Shown here: piece by piece, positions 58,846 through 64,000 of the stretch
How the letters are laid out: every line of letters starts with the position of its first letter
Position numbering within the stretch: position 1 is the stretch's first letter
Origin: Macrostomum hystrix
Taxonomy: Eukaryota; Animalia; Platyhelminthes
Direction of reading: 5' to 3'
NCBI GenBank assembly: GCA_950097015.1
Contig: CATNEN010000001.1
Location: 19,902,001-19,966,000 of the forward strand
Length of the DNA: 64,000 nt
Position numbers and translations under genes: made by a program
The notes under the pieces: generated by a model
Database searches by the model: none
Told to the model about the DNA's origin: nothing
What the model saw: only the letters and a program-made list of their open reading frames with translations

Positions 58846-60374
58846 GGCAAGCAAAGCAAGTGAGCAAGTGCAGGAACACGAAGCAAGGAGTGCTCGATAA
58901 ATATGTTGGTTATCATGCTAAGCTAAAGCTAAGAAGCTAAACATTTAGGCTGTGCATCAAGCTAATAAATAAATATGAGTGAAATAAAGGAAGACAACAA
59001 GCAAAGATGTATTCCAAAATCTTCAAATTCAAATTCAAATTCAAAATGTCGCGAAGCGACAAATGACAAAATGCCATTCGACAAAATCAAATGCGCGATC
59101 TGATATGACGAAGTGGGAGATTTCGAGGTGTGTTAGCAGCTCGTTATTGGACAGCATGAAGGTGGAGTGAGGGGTTGTCTTCGTACGCAGTTGCTATCTG
59201 TTTCTTTAAATTTGCAGATAAACTTGCTATAAGGCTTGGAGGATGGCTCATGCAATTTTCTGGTTAAACACGAACACGACAAGACACGACATATGACATT
59301 ATGGCTACAATCATATTGAATGTGAGTACATTTGCTTACGTTGTAATATTGCATTAGCATTTTAGTGTGACAATCGCATTTTGATAAATGGTGCTATAAT
59401 GGCTAAAAGTAGATATTGTTTTACCAGAGTCAATGAAAACTTACACCTACAAACAGGTATAATTTTAGTACTATAGCGCTTATTTAAAGAATTAACGATT
59501 AAGGATTAAGAATTAAGGAATAAAGGTATCACATATATGTAGCTTAGACAAACCTTTTTATTTCTTAGCCGGTGGGGGAGGGCACTGGGGCCTCGGCGGC
59601 GTGAAGTTAGTGGCCGCCCCAGCCCCTCCCTTCAGTTTCCACCATTGTACTTTCGATCCGCCCACCGTGGTGGGCTGCAGCGCCCAGGGGCTGCTGGGAG
59701 CTGCTGGCTGCTGCTGTTTCTGTTGTGGAAGGCTGCTGGGAGCTGCTGGCTGCTGCTGTTGCTGTTTTGAAAGGCTGCTGGGAGCTGCTGGCAACTGCTG
59801 TTGCTGTTGCGATTCAGATATTGCGATTCAGAGACCAAAAGAATTCTCTGAAAATTGAAAAGTAAATAAGTAAAAGTAAATGGTAAAGCAGAAGTGAATA
59901 AGAGTCAAATAAGTGTATCAAAGGGTGTTTAAAATGTTCAAATGGATTTAAGGTATTTAAAAAGATGGTAAAAGTGTATAGCTTGGTTTCACTAGCTAGA
60001 GAAACCTAGCATTTAGCTCAATACTCCTGAGCTGCAGCTCATTGCTCATGGATGATGTCAGAGCCATTTCAGCTAAAAGCTTAAAAGAAAAGTGAAATGT
60101 GGCTACAAATAATTGAAGAGCCTGAAAGGAATTATGGATTCAAGAAAGTGAAAGCTGTTAAAAGGATGGTAAAAACTTAGCAAACTGCAGTGAGGGATAG
60201 TACATCTTAACAGGTCCTTATCACACAAGCTGGAATGGTGGCTTTGCTTGCTATCTTCAGGCTGGCATCTGAGAACTGGTAAGGCTTGGCTAATCATTTC
60301 TTGTAAAGTGTTTGCTAGGTACCCAACCCAAAATTGTTGGTTAGCTCCTGCAAAGCAATAACAATTGATCCCAA

Positions 60375-61920
60375 TGTATACTAGAGTTATATAACTTTGC
60401 TATGAAATTTCCTTATAATGACTATTTATTTATCAACTTTATTTTACCAGGTCTTTATCACACTGGCTCACTAGCTGGAATTGTGGCATCTGGTTGTCTT
60501 CACTCTCATGGTATAGCTAAGGGCATATGAGAACTAATCACATAGGATCAAAGGCTATGGTAAGTGCTTGAGTACATAATCATTTTTAGTGTTAGCCCAA
60601 CCCAGCCCAAGATACCCAACACACAATTGCTGGTTGCTTGAGCTCTTAGTTTTGATAATGCATGCACAGTAGTTTGCCTTGAGCTATTGGTTTTGAGACT
60701 GCATGAGCAGTAGTTTGCCTTAAAACTGCTGTTTATGAAATTCTCTCCTCTTCTCTTCTCCTCTCCCCCTCCTCTCCCCCCTCCTCTTCTCCTCTCCTCT
60801 CCCCCCTCCTCTCCCCCTCTCCCCTCCTTTCCTCTGCTCTTCTTTCCTCTCCTCTTCTCTCCTGCCTTTATTCTCCTCTTCTTTTCTTGTTTCTATAAGC
60901 AATATAAGTGATCCTAGTGTACACTAGAGTTATTTGGTCTAGTACAGTTATATAACTTTGCTATGAATTTTTTTTATAATGACTATTTATTTATCAACTT
61001 TATTTTACCAGGTCTTTATCACACTGGCTCACTAGCTGGAATTGTGGCATCTGGCTGTCTTCACTCTCATGGCATAGCTTAGGGCATATGAGAACTAATC
61101 ACACATGATTAAAGGCTATGGTAAGTGCTTGAGTACATAATCATTTTTAGTGTTAGCCCAACCCAGCCCAAGATACCCAACACACAATTGCTGGTTGCTT
61201 GAGCTCTTAGTTTTGATAATGCATGCACAGTAGTTTGCCTTGAGCTATTGGTTTTGAGACTGCATGAGCAGTAGTTTGCCTTGAAACTGCTGTTTATGAA
61301 ATTCTCTCCTCTTCTCTTCTCCTCTCCCCCCCTCCTCTTCTCCTTTCCTCTGCTCTTCTTTCCTCTCTTCTTTCCTCTCCTCTTCTCTCCTGTCCTTTTT
61401 TCTCCTCTTCTCTTCTTGTTTCTACAAGCAATATAAGTGATCCTAGTGTACACTAGAGTTATTTGGTCTGGTACAGTTATATAACTTTGCTCTGAAATTT
61501 TTTGATAATGACTATTTATTTATCAACTTTAATTTACCAGGTCTTTATCACACTGGCTCACTAGCTGGAATTGTGGCATCTGGTTGTCTTCACTCTCATG
61601 GTATACCTAAGGGCATATGAGAACTAATCACATATGATTAAAGGCTATGGTATGTGCTTGAGTACATAATCATTTCTCAGTGTTAGCCCAACCCAGTCCA
61701 AGATACCCAACAGACAAATTTTTTGCTGGTTGCTTGAGCTCTTAGTTTTGATAATGCACGCACAGCAGTTTGCCTTGAGCTATTGGTTTTGATACTGCAT
61801 GAGCAGTTGTTTGCCTTGAAACTACTGTTTATGAAATTCCTCTAGCTAATGACTATTTATTAATGAACACTATTTTCCCCAGGTCTTTATAACACCAGCT
61901 AGAATTGTGGCATTGCTAGC
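60375..61920 (+). repeat. ~540-bp tandem repeat x3 with CT-rich tracts
   Basis: ttatataactttgct.tgaa...ccaggtctttatcacactggctcactagctgg recurs at ~60388, 60947 and 61477. Confidence 0.92.
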
Positions 61921-63229
61921 TATCTTTACTGAGTTATCTGATGTACTAGAGTGTACACTTGAGCTATCAGATCTTGTACATTTATGCTCAAGCCCCATAC
62001 ACAGTTCATACCAGCCCTGTATAATTACCTCAATTGTGGTCCTATTTAACCTAATATAGCTAACAATCCTTTATAAGCTCTTATCAGCCTTCTGCCCCTT
62101 CTTGCCTAGCTATAGATCTAAATACAAACAGCAAACCAACTGTCTCACCTCTCACACCTAACAGGACAAGGAGAGCCTATCTAACAGGACAAGGAGTCCC
62201 AAGAATCCTAATCTAGTGTTGAAGCTGAATGGCCAACAATCAACAACAGCCTGTTGAGTGCCAACCAAAAAGACATGGTTGACTAACTGTGAATAAACTA
62301 ATCTTGTTCTGAATGCCTTTATGAATATTGATTAAACTGAGGCCCTCTTTTTATCCCTAGTTGACATTTCAAAATTTGCTAATATAGATAAACACAGAAC
62401 TTGAGCTGCTATAAGAGACTTAAAGGTAAAATGGTAAAAATGTGCCTTCTGTAAAAACTGTAGCTACAGTGCATAAATATTTCAGAACCTATACACAAAC
62501 TTCATAAGAACACACTTTGCTTCTGTATTCATATAACATACTCTAAATACAAATGCCAACTCAAATAATTATGACATGGCTGAAATTCCTAGCAATTAAA
62601 TGCTTGAAATAATAATTAGCTTTGCAAAATAAACTTTCCCTATGTTTCGTGAAGAAATGGCAGGAAAAAATCTCATGAGTCTTTGTATTTATTTCGTCTT
62701 GTCTAATTAATTTCAGTGTCAACGGAGAAGTGAAAGTGAAAACAAAGGTTTGCAGTGCATTGCAGCTTAAAAAGTGATTTGCTCAAGCCAAAATAAATGT
62801 GAATTCTCAAGTTCTACGTTTGAGAAATATGTGATATATGAAATATGTTTATGATTTTCTAACTATTGCTGTGTGACTGGCTTTTTGAAGGATAAAAACA
62901 CTTTTTCACTGGCTGTTGTTAAGCCAAAGTGGCGTCAAGACTGACAATGCCGTAGGAAATTAGCGCTGTACATTATGAAAATTCTAACTACAACTGTGTA
63001 ATGCTGCTGCAGTTCTAAATATCAATTCGGTTTTGGTTTTTTCGCTTTTTAATTTTATAAAACAAAATATTTTTACGAAGATCAAGCTGCTGGCTGCAGA
63101 AGTGTTCAGTCCATGGACTGGGTTACGCCATGCTGACCCTTATCTAAAAATTCTGAAGTTTGCTTTCTCAAAGGGAGCAACGGTTCAGAGAACTTAAAGC
63201 CCGTCAGAACTTCAGAATAAGCCGCCTGT

Positions 63230-63480
63230 CCACCTGTGTTGACAGTCATTTTTTAATTCACACGCTCGTTGCAACGAAGATGATCTATCTTGTTTGCTTA
63301 TGAGGTTTGTTTTTAGATAAGGCACATTTGGGAGAATCTAGGCTGAACATGACAGCTAAAACTGCAGAACATTCTAGAACATTCTGGAACAGAATTCATT
63401 TCACGAGTGAAGCGGGGATAGAGGAAAGGAAACAGGGGGTTGGCGGTGCAGGGGGTACTTATAAAATTATAAACTCGGCC
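63230..63480 (+). promoter_or_regulatory. Putative Hes promoter with E-box, N-box and TATA; duplicated at ~57670-57895
   Basis: CACCTG ~63231, CACGAG ~63402, TATAAAA ~63460 upstream of the ATG at 63500. Confidence 0.5.
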
Positions 63481-63499
63481 GGTCGATTTCGAAATTTCG

Positions 63500-63868
63500 A
63501 TGGAGCTCCGAATTAAAAAAACACGAACCACGCGCCCAGTAGAGTTGATGGAGCATAGGAGAATCAGCAAGCAGGTGATGGAGCAGCAGCGCAGAGCCAG
63601 AATTAATGCCAGCTTGGACAGACTCAAAGAGCTGCTGCAGGCCAACAAGGTGATAAAACCGTACCGGATTAAGCGCCTAGAGAAAGCCGACATCCTGGAG
63701 CTGACAGTGGAGCTGCTGCTGAATGGCTCAGCCAAGACTCAATCTACGGCCATGAGCTTCTGCTGCAAGTCTTCGGCCTCATCAACGGTGTCGGCTTTGT
63801 CTACTGACGAAGAATCTAGCCAGTCGATGGACCAGGAGGGAGCCCAGCCTGTGTGGCGTCCTTGGTAA
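63500..63868 (+). CDS. Hairy/Enhancer-of-split (Hes) family bHLH repressor, intronless, 122 aa, no Orange domain
   Basis: RRISKQVMEQQRRARINASLDRLKELL...RLEKADILELTV and C-terminal VWRPW Groucho-binding motif. Confidence 0.93.
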   Translation: MELRIKKTRTTRPVELMEHRRISKQVMEQQRRARINASLDRLKELLQANKVIKPYRIKRLEKADILELTVELLLNGSAKTQSTAMSFCCKSSASSTVSALSTDEESSQSMDQEGAQPVWRPW

Positions 63869-64000
63869 CCGGCCCCTGGCAACAGCATCCGGCATTCCAG
63901 CATAAGTCAACTTAGTGAATTAGTTTCGTCGTTTTTTATTTAGTTGTCATGGACTGATTGTCCCCAAACTGAGGATCTGGGATTGTGACGAAACTGAGGA

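Noticed and set aside
59558-60100. Possible spliced Gln/Pro-rich minus-strand gene
   Set aside because: Plausible splice sites exist, but the joins I tried hit stop codons, so no supportable model.

Overview
Repeat-dense eukaryotic (invertebrate-like metazoan) genomic DNA with spliceosomal introns. The flanks are nested transposon debris: hAT and Tc1-like remnants, a probable Polinton/Maverick penton remnant, two LTR families with 4-bp target duplications, and tandem non-autonomous Helitrons carrying 23-bp and 18-bp satellites. There is also an RPA70-like OB-fold gene, and two host genes at the right end (an ETS-domain exon and an intronless Hes/E(spl)-type bHLH-WRPW gene). The most notable region is a ~20 kb gene-dense block (~22.5-42.2 kb) that I could not match to a standard TE or virus class. 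It encodes a 3-exon zinc-finger/tyrosine-recombinase-like protein at one end. Convergently at the other end is a 2-exon Rep-like protein with a PIP box, an apparently inactivated HUH-like domain and an SF3 helicase. Between them lie paralogous accessory genes, a tandem acidic-motif protein resembling RPA70N-binding motifs, and ~100-bp repeat arrays built on the palindrome TTTTCGCGAAAA. Inverted tRNA-like Pol III cassettes sit near both ends, with a ~400-bp nested palindrome at the right edge. No capsid or DNA polymerase gene is recognisable, so I infer an integrative, plasmid/virus-like element that recruits the host replisome. All family assignments are by visual motif recognition, not database search.
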